Shown here: in pieces, positions 27,848-37,240 of the stretch
How the letters are laid out: each line of letters begins with the position of its first letter
Numbering within the stretch: the first letter of the stretch is position 1
IMG/VR virus record: IMGVR_UViG_3300027902_000010
Location: 1-61,447 of that record
Length of the DNA stretch: 61,447 nt
From: a virus
Lineage: Duplodnaviria; Caudoviricetes
Strand: one strand, 5' to 3'
Program-made: the position numbers and the translations under genes
The notes under the pieces: generated by a model
Told to the model about the DNA's origin: nothing
Seen by the model: the letters and a program-made list of their open reading frames with translations, nothing else
Database searches by the model: none

Positions 27848-28383
27848 CTGTCCACCTCGTAATCATAGAGTGTTGTATAAGTCGGATTTTCCCATCCGAC
27901 GTAAGCACCTTCTTTGATCTCATCAACAGGCAGCCACTGACCATAGATATATACAAGACCATAGACGTGACCGAGCTGCTTATTTGGCTTATACGACGCC
28001 GCTCGCAACTTTACTCGAAAGCCTATGCTCTTGAGGAGCGACAATGACAGAATCGTCATATCATCGCAATCACCTTGCCACAGCACGCCTTTGCGCCAAT
28101 ACTCGAGAGCAACAAGTGGTGACTGGAGCATCTCTACATTGCTCGGGTCCTTTATATATCGAGAGTGATTCTGAACGAAGTGATAGATGGCATCAGCCTC
28201 ACCCCATTCATCCTTTTGCGGTATTCCTTCAACAATCTTCGCGGCCCAGTCTCGAACGAGCGGATTCTTTCCAGATTGGCGTATCGCCGAGGCCATGAGT
28301 TCGAGCGTATTATTGTTGACCGCATCATCTCCAAATCCAAGATTCACATATTTGACAGATTGATCACTCAGTCCTCGAAACAT
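27844..28383 (-). CDS. Transglutaminase-like (papain-fold) cysteine enzyme
   Basis: GDCDD (Cys), GHVY (His) and WLPVD (Asp) triad. Confidence 0.85.
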   Translation of the reverse strand: MFRGLSDQSVKYVNLGFGDDAVNNNTLELMASAIRQSGKNPLVRDWAAKIVEGIPQKDEWGEADAIYHFVQNHSRYIKDPSNVEMLQSPLVALEYWRKGVLWQGDCDDMTILSLSLLKSIGFRVKLRAASYKPNKQLGHVYGLVYIYGQWLPVDEIKEGAYVGWENPTYTTLYDYEVDR

Positions 28384-28397
28384 ATCATCTCCTCATA

Positions 28398-28604
28398 TCA
28401 AAAGACTGAAAATTTATCAAGAGCTTTTAGAAGATCAGTTCCCAACTTAAGAAACTTTCTTTTGTCTTTCTCAGACAACTCATCTCTATTATAGGCCGCT
28501 TCTATTGGTCTCATCATGTATCTAACATCATTAAGATCAAATTTCAATCTATCAATGATAGAGTACATGGTCGCTGAATCTGCATATTTCTTTCTCTTAG
28601 CCAT
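28398..28604 (-). CDS. Small basic protein (MAK- start)
   Basis: 68-aa ORF, TAGGAG junction. Confidence 0.6.
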   Translation of the reverse strand: MAKRKKYADSATMYSIIDRLKFDLNDVRYMMRPIEAAYNRDELSEKDKRKFLKLGTDLLKALDKFSVF

Positions 28605-28612
28605 GTTATCTC

Positions 28613-28819
28613 CTACTCGTCAAGATTGAATTTCAAGTCGAACATGTAAGAGTCCATGAATAGGCTCATCTCTTCATCAAATGACGTTCCGTTATCTCGA
28701 GCCTGATCTTGAACAACCTCTTTTATCCACTTCTTGAGATGACCTGCTCGCACCACTGCCACAACTTCGCCTTCCATTTCTTGGACGACTATTACTGGAA
28801 TTCTTACTTTCTTGGCCAT
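28613..28819 (-). CDS. Small protein (MAK- start)
   Basis: 68-aa ORF, TAGGAG junction. Confidence 0.6.
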   Translation of the reverse strand: MAKKVRIPVIVVQEMEGEVVAVVRAGHLKKWIKEVVQDQARDNGTSFDEEMSLFMDSYMFDLKFNLDE

Positions 28820-28828
28820 GACATTCTC

Positions 28829-29020
28829 CTAGACTTTGGCTTTTGCCTTCTTGACAATAATGCTCATCACTTTTTCGTACTCTTTGTGATATTGAGACTC
28901 AGATGAAACGAAGTTGCTCAAGATCTGAGCCGTGACATCAGACATTTCATCTGATCCAATAAATCTGTCAATCACCTCTTGAGCGATGCTATTCAGTTGT
29001 GCTCTCGATAATTTCGCCAT
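28829..29020 (-). CDS. Small protein (MAK- start)
   Basis: 63-aa ORF, TAAGGAG junction. Confidence 0.6.
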   Translation of the reverse strand: MAKLSRAQLNSIAQEVIDRFIGSDEMSDVTAQILSNFVSSESQYHKEYEKVMSIIVKKAKAKV

Positions 29021-29029
29021 AACATCTCC

Positions 29030-30829
29030 TTATATTTCTAAGGCAAGTACTCCTTGACAATCATTGACGCCACAGACGACGTGACCGCTTGTTTCGCCTA
29101 CTTCATCATCCCACTGCTGTCTGTTGTCGAAGTCGTGGCGAGCGCCACAGGTGTTACATACGGCAGTGACTAGTTTAATTGGCATAGAATTGCTTCTCAC
29201 ATTCTCAATATAGCGCTGAGCATAATCTTGGAGTGCGAGATAGGCCTGCTTGTTGGAATAGCGCGACCTATCAAAAATCATGACGTAGTTAACAAGACCC
29301 TTAGCATCCATTTGGCCGGCAAGTATCTGTTGTTTGATAATGCCAGGTCCGAAAAATGAATCAAGCATCTGTGTTACACGAGGGAAGGCAGCATAATCTC
29401 TGCTTGTTACTGATCGATAAAGTTCTTGCGTGAGCTGGGCGGTATTGTCTTGCTGTACTTGTGGTGCCACTTGGGGAGCCTCCTGAACAGGAATTTGTCC
29501 ATCTGATATTTCTTGCGCTATATCTTGCGCTGCCGCTTGAGCGTATGCTTCAGGCGGCAAGTCGGGCATTGATCTCGGATCATATCCTAAGCCGCCAGAG
29601 CCGTCATTTGCATTATACGCATCTGACGGAAAGCCTAGATGATCCATACCAGGAGCTGGGGCTGGCGCTTGAGGTCTTGGTGCTGGTGGAGCCTGTATTA
29701 TCTGACGAGGCGGTGGCGCTTGAACATAGATCGGTCGCTCAGCCTGCGCTTCCATAGGAGCACGAGCAGCCGCTTGCGCTTTGACCGCCGAAATATTCTC
29801 GATCGCTCCAATCAGCTTTCCGATATGAGGTCCAACGGCATCTATAAGCTTGTCCATAATACCAGGCCGCTCAGCTGGGCCGGCGCCTGTGAGTTCTTGC
29901 AGTATTCCTAAGACACCCTTCATCTTTGTGAGCGCTGTGAATGGATCGCTATCTGCCGGATCTTTTATTAGGCCAAGCGTTTTGAAGATAGTTATTTGGT
30001 CTGTTAGCGACTGGGGATTGTTGGAACCGGGTGCGGGAAGCATCCCCATATCTTTCATCGTTCCTGCCATTCCACGCACCAGCTCTAAAGGGTCCTTGTT
30101 GTCACCGTTCTTTCCCATAGCGCCCATCATCGCTGTGATGAGGCCGATCATCATTTGCGTCTGGTTATTGCTCTGGTTCATCATGAGCGCAATGAGCTGT
30201 TCACTTCCGCTCTTGCTATTACCGCCGGCGAGTGCTGCGAGTTCCATGCCTTTTTGCATGGATTCAACATTCTGCTGTATTACGTCTTTCGGCGCCTGCA
30301 CTGTTTCTCGCAGTATGTCCATCATTTCAGACGCTTGCGATGTGGCTGGAGTAGCCTCAGGCTCCTGCGCATCTATATCGAAGAAGACAGGCTTTCTCTT
30401 ATCTCCGCGAAGACCTCCGTCTCGGAAAAAGGTTACCATGTAGCGGCCGGAGCCCCACGAGACCACGCGATTCCTGCGCTTAATCTCCGCCAATGTTTCT
30501 TTTTGAACGAGCATGTTAATTTCAAATTCGAGATCAGCCCAGTGGCGGAACTTATCGATTCTGCGTTTGAACTGCCAGACGTTCGGCGACGTTTCTTTGC
30601 TCAGCTTGAGATACCAGTCAGTACCTTCCATTCCGAGCAGCATTTCATCTATTGATATCTCATCTGGACTTTTGCGCCTGAATGGATCACCGAGTGACAG
30701 CCGTTGTCTTCCGTCTGCGAGCGGGTCTATATCTTCGTCTAAATCGCGAGGATCAATGTCCTCTCCTTCTAAATCTTCTCGTACGGCGTCAAGTATCTTG
30801 CTTCTCTTTTTCGCTGTTTTTGTGGCCAT
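29030..30829 (-). CDS. Large Met/Pro/Gln-rich protein with C-terminal Zn finger
   Basis: 599 aa, first gene of the left arm; CNTC...CGVNDC. Confidence 0.7.
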   Translation of the reverse strand: MATKTAKKRSKILDAVREDLEGEDIDPRDLDEDIDPLADGRQRLSLGDPFRRKSPDEISIDEMLLGMEGTDWYLKLSKETSPNVWQFKRRIDKFRHWADLEFEINMLVQKETLAEIKRRNRVVSWGSGRYMVTFFRDGGLRGDKRKPVFFDIDAQEPEATPATSQASEMMDILRETVQAPKDVIQQNVESMQKGMELAALAGGNSKSGSEQLIALMMNQSNNQTQMMIGLITAMMGAMGKNGDNKDPLELVRGMAGTMKDMGMLPAPGSNNPQSLTDQITIFKTLGLIKDPADSDPFTALTKMKGVLGILQELTGAGPAERPGIMDKLIDAVGPHIGKLIGAIENISAVKAQAAARAPMEAQAERPIYVQAPPPRQIIQAPPAPRPQAPAPAPGMDHLGFPSDAYNANDGSGGLGYDPRSMPDLPPEAYAQAAAQDIAQEISDGQIPVQEAPQVAPQVQQDNTAQLTQELYRSVTSRDYAAFPRVTQMLDSFFGPGIIKQQILAGQMDAKGLVNYVMIFDRSRYSNKQAYLALQDYAQRYIENVRSNSMPIKLVTAVCNTCGARHDFDNRQQWDDEVGETSGHVVCGVNDCQGVLALEI

Positions 30830-31001
30830 GGCTCATCTCCTTATGGTAGTATGGGTGTTTGTGAATTCCCTATTGATTGACGTGAATATTCTATTTGATT
30901 GGACGTCCTATACTGCGCTGGACTTCTGCGCTGTGCTAGGCGCTAGTGGGGCGTGTTACTAAAGTTACCTTCTGTTACTATGCCTCTAATATACCACAGT
31001 A

Positions 31002-31350
<349 letters not shown>

Positions 31351-31404
31351 AACAGTTATATTAGCGCAGAGCGTTAGCGAGCGCACTAGCAGAAAGGAGA
31401 AAGA

Positions 31405-31539
31405 ATGGATGCTAAGATTGTAAGACCGGGAATGAAGTACTGTCCGTATTGTAAGCAATGGAAATTAGTAATAAAATTTGATAATAAGAACTTAGGTTCT
31501 AACTCGAAATGTCGCCTGTGCATAAACAGGCGCAAATAA
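31405..31539 (+). CDS. 44-aa Zn-finger peptide
   Basis: CPYC...CRLC, AGGAG SD. Confidence 0.6.
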   Translation: MDAKIVRPGMKYCPYCKQWKLVIKFDNKNLGSNSKCRLCINRRK

Positions 31540-31551
31540 AGGAGGAAATAC

Positions 31552-32394
31552 ATGTATATCGTACAGATGGAGTACAAAGCAAAAGATAGGACCGACTATA
31601 AGAGAATAGGAACACGCGAATTCAAAGACGTAAAGCCTGACGACATGATAATTGAGACATGCTGGAGCGCCGTTGTGAAAGGGACCGATAGGAACATTCC
31701 CATAGACGACGCTTTCGAGGAGACGAGCATCAAAGATCAGGACGAGACCTTAGGAATACGGCTTAGTGAAGTACTCGCAAGGAGCAAAATGACGCGAACA
31801 GTAATAGAAGTAATTGGGATCGAAAAATATAAGAATAAAGATGTGACCAATCCAACTTTTCAGAAGCATGCGGCTATACTGCCATCGCTGATAGCTTTCC
31901 AGCAAATTACAGCGCCGACGGTGGCGAGAACCTTAGGAATACAAAAACTTCAAGCGCGAAACATAATCGAGGAGCTGGAGAAGGCTGGAATTCTCAAGCG
32001 CACTTATACGTTCTGGACTATGACTAAACATGTCAGATCTCAGATACGCGACCATTTGATGGGTGAAAATATTCCTGTTCTAGCGCCGAAGCAAGTGCCA
32101 GGCGTGATGAGTACAGAAAAGAAGCCCCGATATGGAAAACTTGAACAGGTGTATCAGCAGCGAGTAGAAATAGCCGAAATGAAATGGCGCGACAAGCACT
32201 CGCATTTCGATAAGAAGAAAGGAGAACTCGTCGAGGATTATGAAGAAGATGAGTTGATTGAATATCATAACAAAATAGTTATATTCCTCGAGAAGGTGCA
32301 AGAAGCTATCAATGAGGCGGGCTACAAAGGACTTAGTTATGAGAAGCAGAAAAAGATTGATGTCAAAATGATGAAAGATATGCCACGAGAATAG
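31552..32394 (+). CDS. Putative winged-helix DNA-binding protein
   Basis: ITAPTVARTLGI...ARNIIEELEKAGIL wHTH-like segment. Confidence 0.55.
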   Translation: MYIVQMEYKAKDRTDYKRIGTREFKDVKPDDMIIETCWSAVVKGTDRNIPIDDAFEETSIKDQDETLGIRLSEVLARSKMTRTVIEVIGIEKYKNKDVTNPTFQKHAAILPSLIAFQQITAPTVARTLGIQKLQARNIIEELEKAGILKRTYTFWTMTKHVRSQIRDHLMGENIPVLAPKQVPGVMSTEKKPRYGKLEQVYQQRVEIAEMKWRDKHSHFDKKKGELVEDYEEDELIEYHNKIVIFLEKVQEAINEAGYKGLSYEKQKKIDVKMMKDMPRE

Positions 32395-32417
32395 GAACAT
32401 TGAATCCATAAAGAAAT

Positions 32418-32460
32418 GGAATATTTTTCGATATACAAACAAAACTGTCTATCGTATAAT
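32418..32460 (+). promoter_or_regulatory. Conserved-family promoter
   Basis: GGAATATTTTTCGA-TATACA-17 nt-TATAAT. Confidence 0.75.
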
Positions 32461-32501
32461 ATTCCTTATGCTTCATATTCTACTCGAGGAGGTGGACGGA
32501 T

Positions 32502-33251
32502 ATGCTAGGAACAAAGATCGGAAAGCATCGTGGTCACATGGGTGATAAGCATAACAGAGCGCAGAAGGTCTACAATGCTTGGTCTGAGCTGAAGGCAAAG
32601 ATGGAAGGTATGATAATACGGGGACGTGGTGAGACCGAGCAGGCGCGATGCGCCTACTGTATGCTGTTGCTCATGGAGACAGGGATCCGCTCTGGGAACA
32701 GAGATAGCGCAGGTGGCTATGTCTGCGACCAGAAGCATCACGAGAAATATGGTAAAGAGATCCAGACGTTTGGGCTCACAACGCTGCGACCCGAGCATGT
32801 CGATCAATCCCGTGGCCAAGTCCGTATCTCGTTCACAGGCAAGAAACTAGTGGACCAGACATTGGTTACAAAGCATCCAATACTCGTCAAGTACTTCCAT
32901 GCTGTTCTCGAATCACATGATGATCCCACCGCATTCGGTGTCCATGATAAGCAGCTGCGCCGATTTACTCGCAAACATATTGGTCCAGGCTTCAAGCCAA
33001 AAGATATCCGCACCGCGTTGGTGAATAGGCTATTCATCAATATTGTCGAGAATGATAATATACTCAATGCCAAGCCAAGTACCAAGAAAGAAGCCAATGC
33101 GGTACTCAAGAAATTGATTGAAACCGTGGCTGAGCGCATTGGCCATACAAAGGGCGTATGCAAGGGGTCATATCTATCACCCACACTACTCGCCGTCGTA
33201 AAGGACCGCTTGCATGGTAATATTGTCCACAAGACCCGCAAGCGCAAATAG
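32502..33251 (+). CDS. DNA topoisomerase IB, catalytic domain only
   Basis: IRSGN, GLTTL..H, FTGKK, KDIRT and GHT..VC..SY give the R-K-R-H-Y pentad of poxvirus/bacterial TopIB. Confidence 0.88.
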   Translation: MLGTKIGKHRGHMGDKHNRAQKVYNAWSELKAKMEGMIIRGRGETEQARCAYCMLLLMETGIRSGNRDSAGGYVCDQKHHEKYGKEIQTFGLTTLRPEHVDQSRGQVRISFTGKKLVDQTLVTKHPILVKYFHAVLESHDDPTAFGVHDKQLRRFTRKHIGPGFKPKDIRTALVNRLFINIVENDNILNAKPSTKKEANAVLKKLIETVAERIGHTKGVCKGSYLSPTLLAVVKDRLHGNIVHKTRKRK

Positions 33252-33284
33252 CCTGTATTTACTGCCTATAATTGCATAAGTTTT

Positions 33285-33327
33285 GGAACATTTTTCGATT
33301 TACAGCAAGCTAGCAATAGCATATAAT
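33285..33327 (+). promoter_or_regulatory. Conserved-family promoter
   Basis: GGAACATTTTTCGA-TTTACA-17 nt-TATAAT. Confidence 0.75.
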
Positions 33328-33392
33328 GTGCTCTATAGTACAGCAGCGCAATAGCGTGACTAAATGATACGAACAGAAAGGAGGTGAGATCA

Positions 33393-33653
33393 ATGGATTA
33401 TAAATTAGCCAAAGGAGATATTGCCAAAGACTACAATGGTGAGAAGTGGAAGGTGATGGTAGAATCAAAAAACAGAACAAAGACGGTATTGTCATATGAT
33501 GAATCCGGAGCATTGACCGATGCGCCTCTGGATGAGATTGAAGGTTTCAGATTTGCTGGATGTATTGGTGTTGACAAAGATAATGACGGAGAAAGAGTGG
33601 CTTGGGCGTATACTACAGCCACATCTCTCAGAAAGATCGTACTTGGACAATAA
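33393..33653 (+). CDS. Hypothetical protein
   Basis: AAGGAGGT SD then ATG at 33393. Confidence 0.65.
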   Translation: MDYKLAKGDIAKDYNGEKWKVMVESKNRTKTVLSYDESGALTDAPLDEIEGFRFAGCIGVDKDNDGERVAWAYTTATSLRKIVLGQ

Positions 33654-33689
33654 CTCGCGGGACACCGCAATCAAACATGGAGGCCACAA

Positions 33690-34019
33690 ATGAAAAAGAT
33701 ATTGGTTACTGGAAATGGTCCATCACAGTCACTTGTCAAAACCATCCGCAATGCCATACGCAAGACTTCGGAGTACCTCGTTCCACCTGACACGCCACAT
33801 TATCCCGCTTATCAGATCAAATCAACAGAGTCTCGGAGAAAGCAGCAGCGATACTGGATCTTTGAGTCGCGCGATGATGACGGCATTCTCATTGACCAAT
33901 TCTATGGGCGCAGTATCAAAGCGGCCTACTATCAAATACAGAAGCCATGGCGATATGAGTATAAGCTCGCTGGGCTTATGACATTGAAGGAGGCCAACTA
34001 TGAAGCCCGTTCAATATAA
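33690..34019 (+). CDS. Hypothetical protein
   Basis: GGAGG SD. Confidence 0.6.
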   Translation: MKKILVTGNGPSQSLVKTIRNAIRKTSEYLVPPDTPHYPAYQIKSTESRRKQQRYWIFESRDDDGILIDQFYGRSIKAAYYQIQKPWRYEYKLAGLMTLKEANYEARSI

Positions 34020-34374
34020 ACTAACCCATGCAGAATCAAATGCCTTCAACGCTTTTGCAGAAGAGCGTGTGATGGCTGCGAAGGCGATCAAGCCAACTAT
34101 TCGCATGACACGGGATCAAGAGGATCACTTGCGGGCTTGCTTCTTCAATTGTATTAGCGATGCCTACTCTTCTGGCATGGCCTCGGAGAATAGGAAAAAG
34201 AAGCCAGATGCGATTGGCACCCGTCAGATCTTGCAAGAGATTGACTGGATACTTGATCAGAAGAATGTTCCAGGCAAGAAATATCTGCGCACTCTCGGCG
34301 ATCGGGTGAGAACACTATCCAAACAATATCTCAAGTCAAAGAAAGGAGCCAAATCCAATGGCACTCACAAATAA
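34000..34374 (+). CDS. Hypothetical protein
   Basis: GGAGG SD. Confidence 0.6.
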   Translation: MKPVQYKLTHAESNAFNAFAEERVMAAKAIKPTIRMTRDQEDHLRACFFNCISDAYSSGMASENRKKKPDAIGTRQILQEIDWILDQKNVPGKKYLRTLGDRVRTLSKQYLKSKKGAKSNGTHK

Positions 34375-34642
34375 ATCCATCCGAGCTCTTAAAGAAGCGC
34401 TACCCGTGGGAACAATGATATCAATCTTGCTGCGCAATGGTAGAAAGGTAAATGACTATATCAATGACAAGGCCTTTACGATAGGCCTACATGGTGTCAA
34501 TGATATATACTATTACTCGGATTTTACCATGCGCCATCACGGCAGTATTCCATTCTCGTCGTTTGATACATGTTCCGTTTCGAAGACACATGTCAAGCTT
34601 GACAACTGCGTGATAAGCATCAAGCGGAAAGCGAGGGACTAG
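34358..34642 (+). CDS. Hypothetical protein
   Basis: AGGAG SD. Confidence 0.6.
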   Translation: MALTNKSIRALKEALPVGTMISILLRNGRKVNDYINDKAFTIGLHGVNDIYYYSDFTMRHHGSIPFSSFDTCSVSKTHVKLDNCVISIKRKARD

Positions 34643-34756
34643 GAACATGATAGAAAATATCAAGATCATATTACAGCAATATTTTGATGGACTGATACCA
34701 GCAGATGAAGCCATCAGCAAAATAGCTGTGGAGATGTCTGAGATAGAGGAGTCAAA

Positions 34757-34942
34757 ATGCTAACTCAACGACGGGTGTGGGAGTTGATGAGTACGCAATG
34801 TAAATTTCTTGGTGAAGATAAGACTTGTATCTACTATGGAACCATGCTTCTACTAGGTAGAGCTAGAGATTGTAAATGCGAGACATGTCCGATTCTTGGA
34901 TGTGTTGGTGTTGAAGTATGGGAGACAGGGAGTAGACCATGA
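34757..34942 (+). CDS. Small Cys-rich protein
   Basis: 61 aa, six Cys, ATGA overlap with ligase. Confidence 0.55.
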   Translation: MLTQRRVWELMSTQCKFLGEDKTCIYYGTMLLLGRARDCKCETCPILGCVGVEVWETGSRP

Positions 34943-35844
34943 CAATACGACGACCAATGAAGCCAGCGACGCTGTCAGATCTGGCCTTGGAAGATATTGA
35001 TGGTGATGATATTCCATTTCCAGTCTACGGTACTCCGAAATTTGATGGTATCCGCTGCTGCGTTCAAAGCGGCCAGGCGCTAACCTATAAGCTCAAGCGG
35101 ATACCGAATAAGTATGTGAGACGTAAACTTGAGATGCCAGGATTTGAAGGTCTTGATGGTGAGTTGATTGTAACTCACTCTATTCAAGATTACTTCAATA
35201 ATACCCAGTCTGGTGTGATGTCACATGATGGAGAGCCAGACTTCAAGTTCTGCGTCTTTGATGTGATGCCGAAGTCAGGCAAGCCAGATCCAGGATATCT
35301 ACGTCGAGTCGATGACATGTTCAAGACTCAGGCTTCTTTTCTTCAATATGTGGAGCCGGTGAAGATCAGGAACATGCGAGAGCTGCTGTCATTCGAGCGC
35401 GATTGCCTCAAGAAAAATTACGAAGGATTTGTTCTGCGCACTGGTAATAGCCCATACAAATATGGGCGTTCTACGCTTAGCCAGTTCTGGATGGTGAAGT
35501 ATAAGCGATTCCATGATAGTGAAGCTCGTGTTACGGGCTTTAATGAGTTGATGGCTAACAAGAATGAAGCCAAGCGGAATAAGTATACCAATCTTATCGA
35601 GCGTAGTTCACACAAGAAGAACATGGTGCCAATGAATATGCTGGGCTCGCTCAATGCGGTTGATCTAAAGACAGGCGTAGAATTCCGGATATCTGGATTC
35701 ACATTGAAGCAGCGCAAGCAGATATGGCGACAGCGCAAGAAGAAGATGGGCGCGATATTCACGTATCGCTATCAGCTGCATGGTATGAAAGACAAACCTC
35801 GGTTTGATGTCTTCAAAGGATGGAGGCCAGAAAATGAGTCTTGA
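34939..35844 (+). CDS. lig: ATP-dependent DNA ligase (minimal type)
   Basis: PKFDGIR, LDGEL, FCVFD, EGFVLR and VKYK motifs plus OB domain. Confidence 0.93.
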   Translation: MTIRRPMKPATLSDLALEDIDGDDIPFPVYGTPKFDGIRCCVQSGQALTYKLKRIPNKYVRRKLEMPGFEGLDGELIVTHSIQDYFNNTQSGVMSHDGEPDFKFCVFDVMPKSGKPDPGYLRRVDDMFKTQASFLQYVEPVKIRNMRELLSFERDCLKKNYEGFVLRTGNSPYKYGRSTLSQFWMVKYKRFHDSEARVTGFNELMANKNEAKRNKYTNLIERSSHKKNMVPMNMLGSLNAVDLKTGVEFRISGFTLKQRKQIWRQRKKKMGAIFTYRYQLHGMKDKPRFDVFKGWRPENES

Positions 35845-36112
35845 CCCAGATTTGATAAAGCGACATACGATCATGCTCTTTGAGTATGACGGACGTCAGT
35901 ATCGCGTGATCAGCGAGATGGTATCTGAGCAAGGTGATATCAAGTTATTCGTTGAGCAGAAGATTGTAGATAATGTTGATTCAAAAGAGAAGCAGGTATG
36001 GGTAGAAGTATCACCAATGTTGACTGACAAGAATCACATGACGATAGAGCAGTGTACTCAAGTGCTCAAGCAGATATCTGATTATGTGAATGTCAACTTC
36101 TTTATCGTGTAG
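35834..36112 (+). CDS. Hypothetical protein
   Basis: GGAGG SD then ATG at 35834. Confidence 0.55.
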   Translation: MSLDPDLIKRHTIMLFEYDGRQYRVISEMVSEQGDIKLFVEQKIVDNVDSKEKQVWVEVSPMLTDKNHMTIEQCTQVLKQISDYVNVNFFIV

Positions 36113-36129
36113 GAATACCGTGAGGTCTT

Positions 36130-36378
36130 ATGGACATACGAAAAGTATCGTTGGTAGTTACTGCTGTGGTATTATTGATAGGCGTCGTCGCAACGAGCCA
36201 TCGAGTTAGAAGTCTTGATAAGCAAATGTCAATAGTTACAGACTTGCTGAGAGAACAGCAAGGTATCAACAAGAGTCTGATAGAAGCGCTCAAGTTGCGC
36301 GAAGATCCACAATATCTGAAGGAAGTTACCGATTGCAATACGCAATCAATAAAACCCAAAGCGAAGAGGAGGAAGTAG
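36130..36378 (+). CDS. Membrane-anchored coiled-coil protein
   Basis: N-terminal TM. Confidence 0.55.
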   Translation: MDIRKVSLVVTAVVLLIGVVATSHRVRSLDKQMSIVTDLLREQQGINKSLIEALKLREDPQYLKEVTDCNTQSIKPKAKRRK

Positions 36379-36379
36379 A

Positions 36380-36757
36380 ATGGAAAAGACAGTGATGATG
36401 CAGCACATGGGGAGGATCTATGTTGGTAATCCGCTATATGAGAAGGCCACCATGGAAAGAGAAGAAGGGCCGGAAGAGACCATTGATATATTGGTCGAGA
36501 TGGATGAAGCGTATGAGTTCATCCCTATTGCGACGCTCATGCCGGATGAACGGACAGGTAAGCTTGGAACGATGTCGACGTTCTCAACGATTAAAGTCGG
36601 CAAGGTCGTGTCAATACCAGATGAAGCCATCATCGCGGAGTTAGCGAATGACTCGCCGTATTATCGTCAGTACGTCTTGCTGACAACCGGCGTGACAGTG
36701 CATAATCCCAGCGAGATGCCACCTACGCCCATAGGATCGCACAAGCGGCCACATTAG
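36380..36757 (+). CDS. Hypothetical protein
   Basis: 125-aa ORF, GAGGAGG SD. Confidence 0.6.
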   Translation: MEKTVMMQHMGRIYVGNPLYEKATMEREEGPEETIDILVEMDEAYEFIPIATLMPDERTGKLGTMSTFSTIKVGKVVSIPDEAIIAELANDSPYYRQYVLLTTGVTVHNPSEMPPTPIGSHKRPH

Positions 36758-36771
36758 GAATAGGAGGAGAG

Positions 36772-36984
36772 ATGAAATTTTTTGCAATGCTATATGAGAA
36801 GTTGACAAAGCCAAAAGATACAGGTTGGCGTATCTGTGTCCATGGTGAGAAGTGCAACGAACCTGACTGTACTCATAAAGTTCCACATGAGCGCAATACC
36901 GGTTGTGCTAATGTTTGTTGGCACTCGGGTGAAGTATGTAGGATGACTGATGAGCCAATCAAGGGATGTGGTGGTAGGCCATGA
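36772..36984 (+). CDS. Small Cys/His-rich protein
   Basis: C.H..PH motif. Confidence 0.55.
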   Translation: MKFFAMLYEKLTKPKDTGWRICVHGEKCNEPDCTHKVPHERNTGCANVCWHSGEVCRMTDEPIKGCGGRP

Positions 36985-37220
36985 CACCTAACGAACAACT
37001 TGCAGAATGGGTAAAAGGGAATTCAATACATGATACAGAACGAAATGAGTGCTGTCCGGACTTCTCATGCTGTAGGCCCGAACTGTTAGCCAATCAGGTT
37101 GAGCGGCTTACCTTTGTTGAGAACCCAGAACTTCGTGAAAAGATGCTCTTTGTGTTTCTTAGCCGCGGTCTTGAGAAGCTCGGATATGAAATTTCATCAC
37201 CACTTAATTTGAGAGAATAA
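36981..37220 (+). CDS. Small protein with ECCPDFSCC motif
   Basis: 79-aa ORF, ATGA overlap. Confidence 0.6.
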   Translation: MTPNEQLAEWVKGNSIHDTERNECCPDFSCCRPELLANQVERLTFVENPELREKMLFVFLSRGLEKLGYEISSPLNLRE

Positions 37221-37240
37221 TCAACGTCGGGTCTCATGCG

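Noticed and set aside
286-30962. Plus-strand ORFs in the left arm (and minus-strand ORFs in the right arm)
   Set aside because: Antisense shadows of tightly packed genes that have SDs; no motifs of their own.
32502-33251. Integrase or protelomerase call
   Set aside because: GLTTL, FxGK, KDxRT and GHT..VC..SY match TopIB specifically; no att site or host flank is seen.
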